Source: Bacteroidales bacterium (GTDB lineage: Bacteria > Bacteroidota > Bacteroidia > Bacteroidales > WCHB1-69). From it: a stretch of DNA of 64,000 bases. The notes below the pieces were generated by a model. The model saw only the letters and a list, made by a program, of their open reading frames with translations. It was not told the DNA's origin and did not search any database. The stretch's first letter is position 1. Every line of letters begins with the position of its first letter. Of the stretch, positions 44,201 to 51,055 are shown in pieces. Made by a program: the position numbers and the translations under genes. The stretch lies in the NCBI GenBank assembly GCA_017651425.1, contig JAGCCZ010000041.1, positions 44,767 through 108,766 on the forward strand, written 5' to 3'.

Positions 44201-44437
44201 CAAACGCTTGTGGTTCACAATGAAAAGTTGGTAGGCGTTGTTCTCCGCCTCGGCTTTCCAGCCAATGGTGTCGAGCATCGCCAGTCGGTCGCGCACGTGA
44301 TACACCCGAATGCCGTTGTAAAGCGTCCACAGATTGTCGAACGAGCGGCTGTCGTGGCGTTGTGCGTGGGATGTGAGGGTTATGCCTGCGAACACCACGA
44401 GCAATAATAATCTGGAAATGTGATGGTTACCTCTCAT
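38291..44437 (-). CDS. alpha-2-macroglobulin family protein with intact thioester motif
   Basis: Start at MRGNHHISRLLLLVVFAGITLTSHAQ (2048 aa). Thioester CxEQ in LMHYPYECNEQTFSKL (CNEQ encoded at 39926-39937). MG-domain-like beta-rich repeats throughout. Confidence 0.85.
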   Translation of the reverse strand: MRGNHHISRLLLLVVFAGITLTSHAQRHDSRSFDNLWTLYNGIRVYHVRDRLAMLDTIGWKAEAENNAYQLFIVNHKRLLVDHPPYSDKTVQQSVLWLDSLRRRDDGARWGDPDSMVYQSIYHYLIGMLLSKAWPYDPNTATLHDATFQNMEEWSVKNYREAAKAEFLACFDRLPRDISLTQRWDFLVENVPATRPLRPTLNDVLYQNCIRIFSEDDPDLAIALTDEAMSAHTERDILIDYEIQRLHYRFPEPEEDVDASAAWKLLDSLENAYGPDLVFDYERGLLLAAADQLTERETDYTARALEYFNKVLQQYEADGRHDPIMLHYYQNANYYIDRLTMPSIIPSKAQTELPLGHKLRIPVQYSNLDTVYLTVFKDDYMIASSYQRGRPDNREADFRYRYNYYSSFEKMLKRMGEPVHTQQFILSGNRKSRFNTTELWVDSLPIGNYEFFFHLSPTIDSVGLLTKMEFCVTRLKIANWGVCNKAYVGVSDAHTGEPLPRMRTKDGIWNLYTNRFGETRAGLRPFGDLFFEIYDHHTVYATVLDEYSNPYDRWHYRSRYYRRYSKGTLTQIHTDRTLYRPGQTLHFKVLLLKKGKVRRNVPVEVYLFGKNWNGVSDTLRLVTSKYGSVDGELTLPPNVGRYYLIVRYPARSGKYSSSERYLEIAEYKLPTFKVKLLSDTLQAAAGDTLTIRGTVTALNGLPVANAAVSLHVRMFGRSDRFEIATERDGSFEHRHPVLASHDPVRVDIEAIVTDLNGETHRDTSFVFLPPQLLKVKISGNNDVDLATNDTAVWMLRALNFNNVKQPVPIQVAVVRLLSPTEYKVPVFEKEPTFWMPLHSNEEYAKEFPHLTFETHPNSPAYWPASDTVFRTEKILVPDSTLKVNVQGWNPGDYRIIATATDKSGKKVTAMKEFTIYSSRMQEFAPMKPIHLAVASMPEKRGKPLTLSVGSCLRNAVMICDVYQGKKHLKTRRIPLNLEQETFTVKTRTTGTRGINLIARIVQNGELHTVSLDTVIPWEAKKAERYFRSYEKLLLNAELTHWRSETEPGSGEHWEITLTDAKQKAVHDAELLAWMFDGSLYELGMNKPSTTIGPHWLAKTKKLPRSFRTRRYRISCSDLTKSYNDYFRYRISTHEKSVLKYPSLQLSHSYYVPSYHFDGELQEVVIAWEPPAFSMDNTTSANRLSGEAIRTTPGRSVSSALASLEGVTALDGATAPVRGNRSDGQQTIVDGVRVSNEPTVTFGTKEDEGYEPSLSPDATPRSNFVETAFFYPNLHPDDSGRVHIDFTLPDQYTGWEFYAYGHTRKATMTGLHAVLQSRRTLMLQSNAPRFFREGDTLTLRAKITNRSDADLNGVVTVEFFNAEDGQPIEMVINGVGRDAARRVSTDGKSQFSVMAGTAQTVQFRILVPDGIPAIGYRMVARAGNYGDGEERLLPVLPNKMLVTESCPFVVPAGSDTVVTFRRYRTHATPTMQPLSYTVEVTTNPAWLAIRALPYLMHYPYECNEQTFSKLFAAATVQHAIAQNPGLRKVFDSWLNDTVNNSLASPLLKNESLKSMLLEETPWLRAAQNESRQRHETAELFADENLQQQLDKSINKLLHNQLPSGGWDWYGRWKYSPYITDHIVAGFYKLRRLGGEIPQADKMLEKAVHAADFYQERKYQMYLHRKEQLEPDAVFYFTEEDVHYLYARSFAPYDSVWLSQPYVQNLMKLMTEKLEREKFTRQAEVALILYRTGDKNDKLKAQQIMERIRQQALIDREKGMYWHKEYSGYYYRWYEAPIERQALLIEAFTEIAPRQDELTMMKQWLLMQKESNRWSNTKATAEAVYALLLDAPADLLQPSSTVVAVGGENITATEAATAEAGTGYVQRVWNPENMSPALADITVRTDSVHPTFGATYWQYLEVPDQVEASGSGLTVRRTLYHQPAIGDGRTAEPVTADNPVRLGERITVKIVVTSDRDLEYVQLKDPRAAAFEPVNIHERNGWQGGTWWVESPRDASVCFFFNKFPQGTVVLEYDVFATQSGDFSAGATTVECMYAPEYRAQGSGARVTVR

Positions 44438-44638
44438 GATCGTTTTCTGCAAATACAATTTATATAATGATACGAAAAATCCAAATGGTTGCACATTGTT
44501 GATGTTATTTCCTTATGCCGTTGTTTCCGCCGGCAATAACCTCGCAGAACACGACGCCGTGATAGTTCGTAATATATTTCCTTTCACTGGTTGGTATAGT
44601 GGTGAACGTCACAATGGTGAAAATTCTGGATTAAGGTG

Positions 44639-44646
44639 CAAAGATA
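44639..44646 (-). promoter_or_regulatory. -7 promoter box (TATCTTTG on minus strand) for the A2M gene
   Basis: ggtgCAAAGATActg lies about 200 nt upstream of the ATG at 44437. Confidence 0.4.
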
Positions 44647-45016
44647 CTGTTTTTTACGGTCCAACATACCGTTGGTTCCGATTTTTTATTTGGGCGTGCC
44701 GGCGCGGCGGCGCGGAATCACGTTACATTCGCATTCGCCATCAAATGCCGCCGCGCCGTCGGGCTTTCCGTTCCAATGATTTTGGCTTAGAACCCACCAC
44801 CATTCCGCGAGACGCGAAGCGTCAAGCGGAACCTTTGTCTCGCCAGGGAACGCATTTCCACCAAAATCATTTCCACTGCAATCCCTCACGCAGGCTCGTC
44901 GGACCCCACACCCGTTTCGCGGCGAGCAACCCACAACCTCGTCTCAATGTTCTCCCGCACCGCGATTGTCATTATGCGCACGCACCCATCCCCAGACTGC
45001 ACTGCGTTTAGTCTGG

Positions 45017-45183
45017 GGTTATTGAGATTTTGTCCCTCCGGGACTGCTTAAGGAAGATTATTATCAATTATTCTACCGAGCTTTTGCCCCTGTCGGGGCA
45101 GCTCAAGGAAAACCATAAACTCTTAACTCTTATCTCTTAACTCTTATCTCTATTGTCCCGGAGGGACACCCTCTCAATAACCC
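45017..45183. repeat. composite REP region: 30-bp inverted repeat arms enclosing a TGCCCC-tgtc-GGGGCA unit and AACTCT/ATCTCT heptamers
   Basis: ggttattgagattttGTCCCtccGGGAC (45017-45044) pairs with GTCCCggaGGGACaccctctcaataacc (45155-45182). The inner hairpin is at 45085-45100 and the heptamers at 45117-45151. Confidence 0.75.
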
Positions 45184-45243
45184 CGCACAAGCGACGAAGG
45201 AGCGGTGTGGGGTGGAACGACGGCACCGACACTCTCTCGCGGC

Positions 45244-45774
45244 TCATTCCACGATGATATTGCTGTGCCCTTTGCGGATTTGCTCGTCGGTGGGGAACAA
45301 TTCCGTGATGGTGTCCACATTGATGATGACGGGGCGGCCGTGGATTGGCTCGGGCTTCTTGTCCGTATGAGGCTTTGTGGATGTGCGGGCAGCAGGTTGG
45401 GGTGCCTCCTCCATGACAGACGGAGTGGTGTTTCGGGGCGTGCGGGCAACTGCAGGCTGCAGTTGCGGAGATGCGGGGACATCAACTGTTGTCGGCAGGG
45501 TGTCTTCGGAGACGGCATTGGAGTCGGCTGTGACGACAGCGACCTCCGCGTGTGCCGGTTCGGCAGGGGTGGGGGAGGAGGCGGTGTGACGGACTACACC
45601 CCAGGTGACGAGGGCGGCCACGGCCACTCCGGTGAGGGAGATGGCTGCAATCCGGCCGCCCGTGAGGGCAGTGTGCAAACCGCTGCGGCGGAGGAATCGC
45701 CTCCATGCAGCATGGCGGTAAGGGTAGTCGGCCTGCTCGACCTTTTGCTTGAGTAGTTCGTCAAATTCAGTCAT
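45244..45774 (-). CDS. putative single-pass anti-sigma factor
   Basis: Lies 12 nt downstream of the ECF sigma gene. Short cytoplasmic N-terminus, one TM helix (IAAISLTGVAVAALVTWGVV) and a Pro/Thr/Ala-rich external region. Confidence 0.5.
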   Translation of the reverse strand: MTEFDELLKQKVEQADYPYRHAAWRRFLRRSGLHTALTGGRIAAISLTGVAVAALVTWGVVRHTASSPTPAEPAHAEVAVVTADSNAVSEDTLPTTVDVPASPQLQPAVARTPRNTTPSVMEEAPQPAARTSTKPHTDKKPEPIHGRPVIINVDTITELFPTDEQIRKGHSNIIVE

Positions 45775-45786
45775 ACGCTTCTGTCT

Positions 45787-46347
45787 TTAGTCGTTGTTGA
45801 GTTGTTGAATCTGGGTCTTGATGCGGGTGCGGGCGGTGTTGACGTGCCACGCGGAGGTGCCCTCGCTGATGTTCAGCTGCTTGGCAATCTCAGCGTGCGA
45901 GAAGCCGTCGAACACGAAGAGGTTGAAGACCGTTCGCGTGGCAGGGGGCAACTGCCGCACCAAAGCCATCACGTCGTCTGCGCTCATGCGCCCCATGGCG
46001 GCGTTGATATCGTAGCCCGCATCCGCGCTGTCAGCCACCTCCTCCAGGTCGGTGAATCCCACCTTGGCGTCGTACTTGCGCCGATGATCCAAGGCGGCGT
46101 TCACCATCACCCGCTTCATCCAAGATTCAAAAGAACCAGTCGTTTCATACTTTCCGATGTTCGTGAACACCTTCATGAAACCTTCGCTGAGCATGTCCTC
46201 CGCCTCGTCGGTGCTGTCCGCATAGCGCATGCACAAACGGAGCATCGGGCTGTAAAAATGCTTGAACAGCTTGTGCTGCGCACGACGGCTGCCTTCTTTG
46301 CAACCATCTATCCAGCGGGCTAACTCTTCATTTTTACGTTCGCTCAT
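45787..46347 (-). CDS. ECF-type RNA polymerase sigma-70 factor
   Basis: 186 aa. Region 2 (LFKHFYSPMLRLCMRYADSTDEAEDMLSEGFMKVF) and a region 4 helix-turn-helix (SHAEIAKQLNISEGTSAWHVNTARTRIK). Confidence 0.85.
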   Translation of the reverse strand: MSERKNEELARWIDGCKEGSRRAQHKLFKHFYSPMLRLCMRYADSTDEAEDMLSEGFMKVFTNIGKYETTGSFESWMKRVMVNAALDHRRKYDAKVGFTDLEEVADSADAGYDINAAMGRMSADDVMALVRQLPPATRTVFNLFVFDGFSHAEIAKQLNISEGTSAWHVNTARTRIKTQIQQLNND

Positions 46348-46400
46348 TTAGTATAACGCAATTTGAAAAACAAATCTTGGGTCGAAAATGTTTTTTTTGA

Positions 46401-46423
46401 GAAAATAAAACGGAGGCTTCCGT
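46401..46423 (-). terminator. terminator after the SDR gene
   Basis: On the minus strand, ACGGA-agcc-TCCGT is followed by TTTTATTTT. Confidence 0.5.
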
Positions 46424-46468
46424 CCTTTATTATTCAGATGTTCATTTTGCGGTCGATATCTGGCATTC

Positions 46469-47923
46469 CTACTGGTATATGTTATCCTCGTCGTGCCGGT
46501 GGTTCGCGTACCATGCCTGCGCAAAGAAGGGGTTGTGCTTTGCCTGGTGGTCGTAGTTCCAGACAGGCGGCAAACATTCGGAGCAGAAATGGCCGCCCCA
46601 TAGCATCAGCTTGGGCGACATGCGGTAGCGGTGCCCGTCGTGGCACTCCCATTCCAACTGCTTCTCGGGGTTGCCGTCATATTCGGGGGATATCAGCTTG
46701 GAGCCTCGGAACAAGCCTGCCTGCCGCAGCTCTTCGGTGGTGAGCTGCTCCAGCGGCTTGCTCTCGTCGTAGCCGTGATCCATCCGTTGGGCATTGACGG
46801 GGTCTTTTGACACGGAGAGGTTCATCTCCTTCCACTTGGGAATACGCTCCCATTGCTCGCGTCCACCGTAGAAGGCATTGATGCGTGGCTCGTCACCGTG
46901 CTTGAGCCACCACTGGGTGCCGTATTTCTTCTTGTACGCCATCGGCAGCATAGCAGCCTTGATGACGGGGGCGGGCACGATGCCCGCCAACTTGAAGTAC
47001 TTGGGCAGCCGGTCGCCCATCTGCCGGAAATAGTCGTCCACGGGCACATTGGCGCGAAAGTGAAGGTATTCGTCCAACCTGTCGGCATCCAGGTAGAATT
47101 GCCCGTGGAAGTTGCGCAGCACGAACCACTTGGGGGTGAAGATCTTCTCGGGGCCGGGACAGTGGATGGCCTTTAGAAGCCTGGTCTCGAACTCATAGTT
47201 GCTCATGCGGTACTCGGGACCGCTGCTGATGTTGTAGAACTGGTTCCAGAATTCGTCGGGCAGGTCCAGGGTGCAGAGATTGGCTAACAGCCGCCCCGAG
47301 TCCTCGATGGTGGCCCACTCCAATACGCCCATGATGGGCACGTGGAACATGATGGGGTCGTATTTCTTGAGGATGCCGGGGTAGAGAATGCCCGACTGTC
47401 GCAGGCTGACCCAGTGTTTTAGGCCTGCATCTGCGAATGTGCGCTCTGCAATGATCTTGCTGACGCTGTAGTAGTCATAGACGCTTGCGCAGACGGGGTC
47501 GCCGGTGCGCCCCCAGCGTGTGCCGGCCCCGCGGTCGGAGGTCTGTGCCACCGAGCCGATATAGACCGCACGGATCTCGTCGGCATTGGGCTGCGCTTGG
47601 ATAGCCTTCACCACATTTTCGGCTGACGTGACATTCACTTTCAGCGTCTTCTCGGGGTGATAGTCAGCCTCAGGTGAGACCATGCCCCCCACATGAAGCA
47701 CATAGTCCGCACCTGTCACACCCTTCAGGACATCCTCATAGTTCATCAAGTCGCCCCATACGATTTGGATGCGGCCTTGCAAAGGGGCCAACTTCTTGAT
47801 GTTCTTTTCACTTTGTCGTGCCAATATGACGATGTCAAGCAGGTCTTCGTGCTTCAGCATCTCCTGTAATCCGGCCCAGCCCATGAGCCCTGTCGCACCT
47901 GTCAGGAAAACTCTTTTTTTCAT
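46469..47923 (-). CDS. NAD-dependent epimerase/dehydratase (extended SDR) with extra Cys/His-rich C-terminal domain
   Basis: MKKRVFLTGATGLMGW Rossmann motif. The C-terminal roughly 150 aa contain ECHDGHRYRMSPKLMLWGGHFCSEC. Confidence 0.7.
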   Translation of the reverse strand: MKKRVFLTGATGLMGWAGLQEMLKHEDLLDIVILARQSEKNIKKLAPLQGRIQIVWGDLMNYEDVLKGVTGADYVLHVGGMVSPEADYHPEKTLKVNVTSAENVVKAIQAQPNADEIRAVYIGSVAQTSDRGAGTRWGRTGDPVCASVYDYYSVSKIIAERTFADAGLKHWVSLRQSGILYPGILKKYDPIMFHVPIMGVLEWATIEDSGRLLANLCTLDLPDEFWNQFYNISSGPEYRMSNYEFETRLLKAIHCPGPEKIFTPKWFVLRNFHGQFYLDADRLDEYLHFRANVPVDDYFRQMGDRLPKYFKLAGIVPAPVIKAAMLPMAYKKKYGTQWWLKHGDEPRINAFYGGREQWERIPKWKEMNLSVSKDPVNAQRMDHGYDESKPLEQLTTEELRQAGLFRGSKLISPEYDGNPEKQLEWECHDGHRYRMSPKLMLWGGHFCSECLPPVWNYDHQAKHNPFFAQAWYANHRHDEDNIYQ

Positions 47924-47941
47924 GTTGAACAGAAAAAATGG

Positions 47942-50848
47942 TTAGTATCCGAAAATATCCTCCAACGTCAACTTCGTGACGGGGCCGAACTGCTTGGCAA
48001 TGGCATCGAGATTGACCTCGCCGTCGGTGGCAAGGATCATGTAGGTCTTGGGCTTGTCCTTGATATATTGCTTGTTGAATTTGACGATATCGTTGAGGGT
48101 AAAGCCGTTGATGAGTTCGTAGAAGTCCTTGCGATAGTCGTGGTCGAGGCCCATGCGGCGGTTGTTGAGGTAGGTGGTGAGGATGGCCATCTTGGTGATG
48201 CGGTTGGTGGCGATGCTGTTTCGTGCGCCCTCTTTGGCCAAGTCGAAGGCACTCTGCGACACCGGCATGGCATTGAACAGTGAATCGAAAGCGGTCAAGG
48301 CATCCATGATTTTGTCGTTCTGGGTGCCGATGAAGGAGTAATTGTACATGTAGTCCGCCGTGTCAGAGGGGATTATGAACGAGGACTGGGCAGTGTAAGC
48401 TAAAGAGCGTTTCTCGCGCATCTCTTGGAAAACGATGGCGTTCATGCTGCCGCCGAAGTATTGGTTGTACATCCGTACAATGGGAATGAGCTTAGTGTCG
48501 AGCTTGCCGGCACGGTTGATGGTGATGAGGCGCGACTGCTTGGCAGGATAGGGAGCGTAATAAACCACGTTCCGATCGGTGGGAAGCCGGTCGAACTTCT
48601 TGGCTGGCGGCGGCGTGCCGAAACTCTTGGGCAGCTTGTAGCTGGCGGAGAGCGACTTCTTGAGCTGCTTCACGGTGGCGGGACCGTAATAGAGAATTTC
48701 CGGCTTGTAGGTGAAAAGCTGGCGCAAGGATTTGAGCAGCTGCTCGCCCGTGAGCTTCTGCAATTGTTCGTCGCTGAGTTGGTACTGCACCAGATCGGGG
48801 CCATACTCGCAATAGGTGCGCAAGCAGTTCATGACGCTGTTTTGCGAGGACTTGGCATTCTTGCGTTGCAACAGGACATCATCGACAAGGTTCTGTAGAG
48901 CTTTGGCATCGGGTTGGGCGTTGCGCACTACGTCCATCATCAGCTTGAGCGCCTTGTTCATGTTGTGGTCAAGGCCGCTGAGCGACACGTAGGTCTCGTC
49001 GTCGGAACAGGAGATGCTGTAGTTGCAGGCTAATGTGTAGAAATCGGTCTTGATTTGCTCTACACTGCGGTCGGGAGTGGCCAGATTGCTGATGTAGCGG
49101 GCGGCATACGGCAGCAGGATGTCGTTCATCTCACCGGCAGGGAAGACTATGCGCAGGGTGAAGGTCTGGTCTTCGTCGTTGTGCAGGTAGTCGATGGGCA
49201 CACCCTTGTACTGGTCGAAGGTGATGGCCTGTTGGAAATCTACGAACACGGGCTCGATAGGCTTGACGGGACGTGCCTTGAGCTTGGTGAAGAAGTCGGA
49301 CTCGGCGTCCCTGTTCACCTGGATGGCGGTGATGGCGGGCTTTGTGACCTTGGCGGTCTCCTGCGGCTCACCCTGACGTTTAAAGACAACGACATAGTTG
49401 TTGTCGCCAAAATAGCGGTTCGCGAACTTGACGATGTCCTCCTTGGTGACTTTCTTGTAGTATTCGAGTTCTTGGGTGACGTGGTACCAGTCGATGTCGT
49501 TCTCAAAGGCGTGTGCCATGGCGTTGGCACGTGAGCGATTGTTTTCGAGCTGGCGCATTTGCGAGGCCTCGATGTTGTTGATGGCGGCCTGCAGCAGCGA
49601 TTCGTCGAATTGGCCCTTCTTGACAAGCTCAAGTTGGCCAAGCATCAGGTCGCGCACCTCTTCGAGCGTCTGTCCGTCGTTGGGACGGCCGCTGAGCACG
49701 TATGCCGAGTTGTCGCACAGCCCGTAAAGGTATGATGAGGCGCGGGCTGCCAAATGTTTCTGGTTGATGTTGAGGTCTATAAGGCCGCAGCGACCGTTGC
49801 TGAGGATGTTGTCGAGCATCTCCGCAATGTAGAGGTCTCGGTGGTTTGCAGGCAGGTCGAGCCGGAAGGAGACCGTCACAAACTCGGCTTCATGTCCTGT
49901 CACTTCACGCACAACAGGAGAGGTGATAGGTCTCTCTTTGGGCACGGCGTAGTGAGGCAGTTCCTTGCTCTTGAGTTGCCCGAAGTGTTTGTCAATGATG
50001 GCGATGGCCTCGTCATAGTCGAAGTCGCCGGCCAGACAGACGGCCATGTTGTTTGGCACATAGTAGGTGTCGAAGAAGCGGCGGATGTTGGTCAGTGAGG
50101 GGTTCTTGAGGTGCTCGGCGCTGCCGAGAGTGGTCTGCTGCCCGTAGGGGTTGTTGGGGAAAAGGGCATTGAGCATCGCTTCGTTGGCTTTGCGGCTGTC
50201 ACTGGACAGCGATCGGTTTTTCTCCTCATAGACAGTTTCCAACTCGGTGTGGAAGATGCGGAACACGGGGTGCGCAAAACGGTCGGCCTGGATGTATGCC
50301 CAGTTTTCCAATTGGTTGGCGGGGATGTCCTCGATATAGACGGTGTAGTCGTTCGATGTCGCGGCGTTGGTGCCCTGCGAGCCGATGAATTTCATCATCT
50401 TGTCGTACTCGTTGGGGATGGCATAGCCCGACGCAACGTAGGAGAGACTGTCGATGATACGGTAGATGCTGTCACGGTCCCGTTTCTCATGGGTGCGGCG
50501 ATAGACCTCGAACTGGTGCTCGATTTCGTCGAGAAGAGGCTTCTCGGCATCGTAATCAAGGGTTCCGAAATGCTGGGTGCCCTTGAACATGAGGTGCTCG
50601 AGATAGTGTGCCAAGCCGGTGGTCTCGGCAGGGTCGTTCTTGCTGCCCACGCGCACAGGGATGAGCGTCTGGATACGTGGCGCGTCTTTGTAAACAGAGA
50701 GATAGACCTTGAGCCCGTTGTCCAACGTGTAAATGCGCACGTTCATGGCATCGTTCGAGTAGCTGATGTAGTCGTAGTGCTTCTGAGCCGTCAGGAACAT
50801 CGGGACCATCAGGAAAAACATCGTGAAAAGGAGGAGAGATCGTTTCAT
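47942..50848 (-). CDS. M16 (pitrilysin/insulinase) family zinc peptidase
   Basis: Signal peptide and the inverted zinc motif GLAHYLEHLMFKGT (HxxEH). 968 aa, the two-lobed M16 size. Confidence 0.85.
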   Translation of the reverse strand: MKRSLLLFTMFFLMVPMFLTAQKHYDYISYSNDAMNVRIYTLDNGLKVYLSVYKDAPRIQTLIPVRVGSKNDPAETTGLAHYLEHLMFKGTQHFGTLDYDAEKPLLDEIEHQFEVYRRTHEKRDRDSIYRIIDSLSYVASGYAIPNEYDKMMKFIGSQGTNAATSNDYTVYIEDIPANQLENWAYIQADRFAHPVFRIFHTELETVYEEKNRSLSSDSRKANEAMLNALFPNNPYGQQTTLGSAEHLKNPSLTNIRRFFDTYYVPNNMAVCLAGDFDYDEAIAIIDKHFGQLKSKELPHYAVPKERPITSPVVREVTGHEAEFVTVSFRLDLPANHRDLYIAEMLDNILSNGRCGLIDLNINQKHLAARASSYLYGLCDNSAYVLSGRPNDGQTLEEVRDLMLGQLELVKKGQFDESLLQAAINNIEASQMRQLENNRSRANAMAHAFENDIDWYHVTQELEYYKKVTKEDIVKFANRYFGDNNYVVVFKRQGEPQETAKVTKPAITAIQVNRDAESDFFTKLKARPVKPIEPVFVDFQQAITFDQYKGVPIDYLHNDEDQTFTLRIVFPAGEMNDILLPYAARYISNLATPDRSVEQIKTDFYTLACNYSISCSDDETYVSLSGLDHNMNKALKLMMDVVRNAQPDAKALQNLVDDVLLQRKNAKSSQNSVMNCLRTYCEYGPDLVQYQLSDEQLQKLTGEQLLKSLRQLFTYKPEILYYGPATVKQLKKSLSASYKLPKSFGTPPPAKKFDRLPTDRNVVYYAPYPAKQSRLITINRAGKLDTKLIPIVRMYNQYFGGSMNAIVFQEMREKRSLAYTAQSSFIIPSDTADYMYNYSFIGTQNDKIMDALTAFDSLFNAMPVSQSAFDLAKEGARNSIATNRITKMAILTTYLNNRRMGLDHDYRKDFYELINGFTLNDIVKFNKQYIKDKPKTYMILATDGEVNLDAIAKQFGPVTKLTLEDIFGY

Positions 50849-50892
50849 TCGAGAGGATTTTAGGGGTTAATGGTTATTTTTAAACATTGCTG

Positions 50893-50900
50893 CAAAAATA
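50893..50900 (-). promoter_or_regulatory. -7 promoter box (TATTTTTG on minus strand) for the M16 peptidase gene
   Basis: tgCAAAAATAc lies about 45 nt upstream of the ATG at 50848. Confidence 0.4.
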
Positions 50901-51026
50901 CATTTTTTGTTGGATAATTGTTTCCGTATGGTGCCGATTGTACAAACAATCACGGAACAATCGCGGGAACGAATACCAATATTATCACATTTCGGCATCA
51001 TACCCTTGGCGTATCCATTATTTGAT

Positions 51027-51034
51027 TATTTTTG
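51027..51034 (+). promoter_or_regulatory. -7 promoter box (TATTTTTG)
   Basis: gatTATTTTTGcaac lies 22 nt upstream of the ATG at 51056. The ORF-track TTG start at 32 falls inside this box. Confidence 0.45.
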
Positions 51035-51055
51035 CAACCTCCAAACTGCCTCGTT

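Noticed and set aside
44436-45011. 191-aa plus-strand ORF (and 82-aa minus-strand ORF 44686..44934) in the gap upstream of the A2M gene
   Set aside because: The sequence is Arg/Pro/His/Cys-rich with no hydrophobic core pattern. It spans hairpin repeats and begins inside the A2M start region, so I treated it as non-coding structured DNA.
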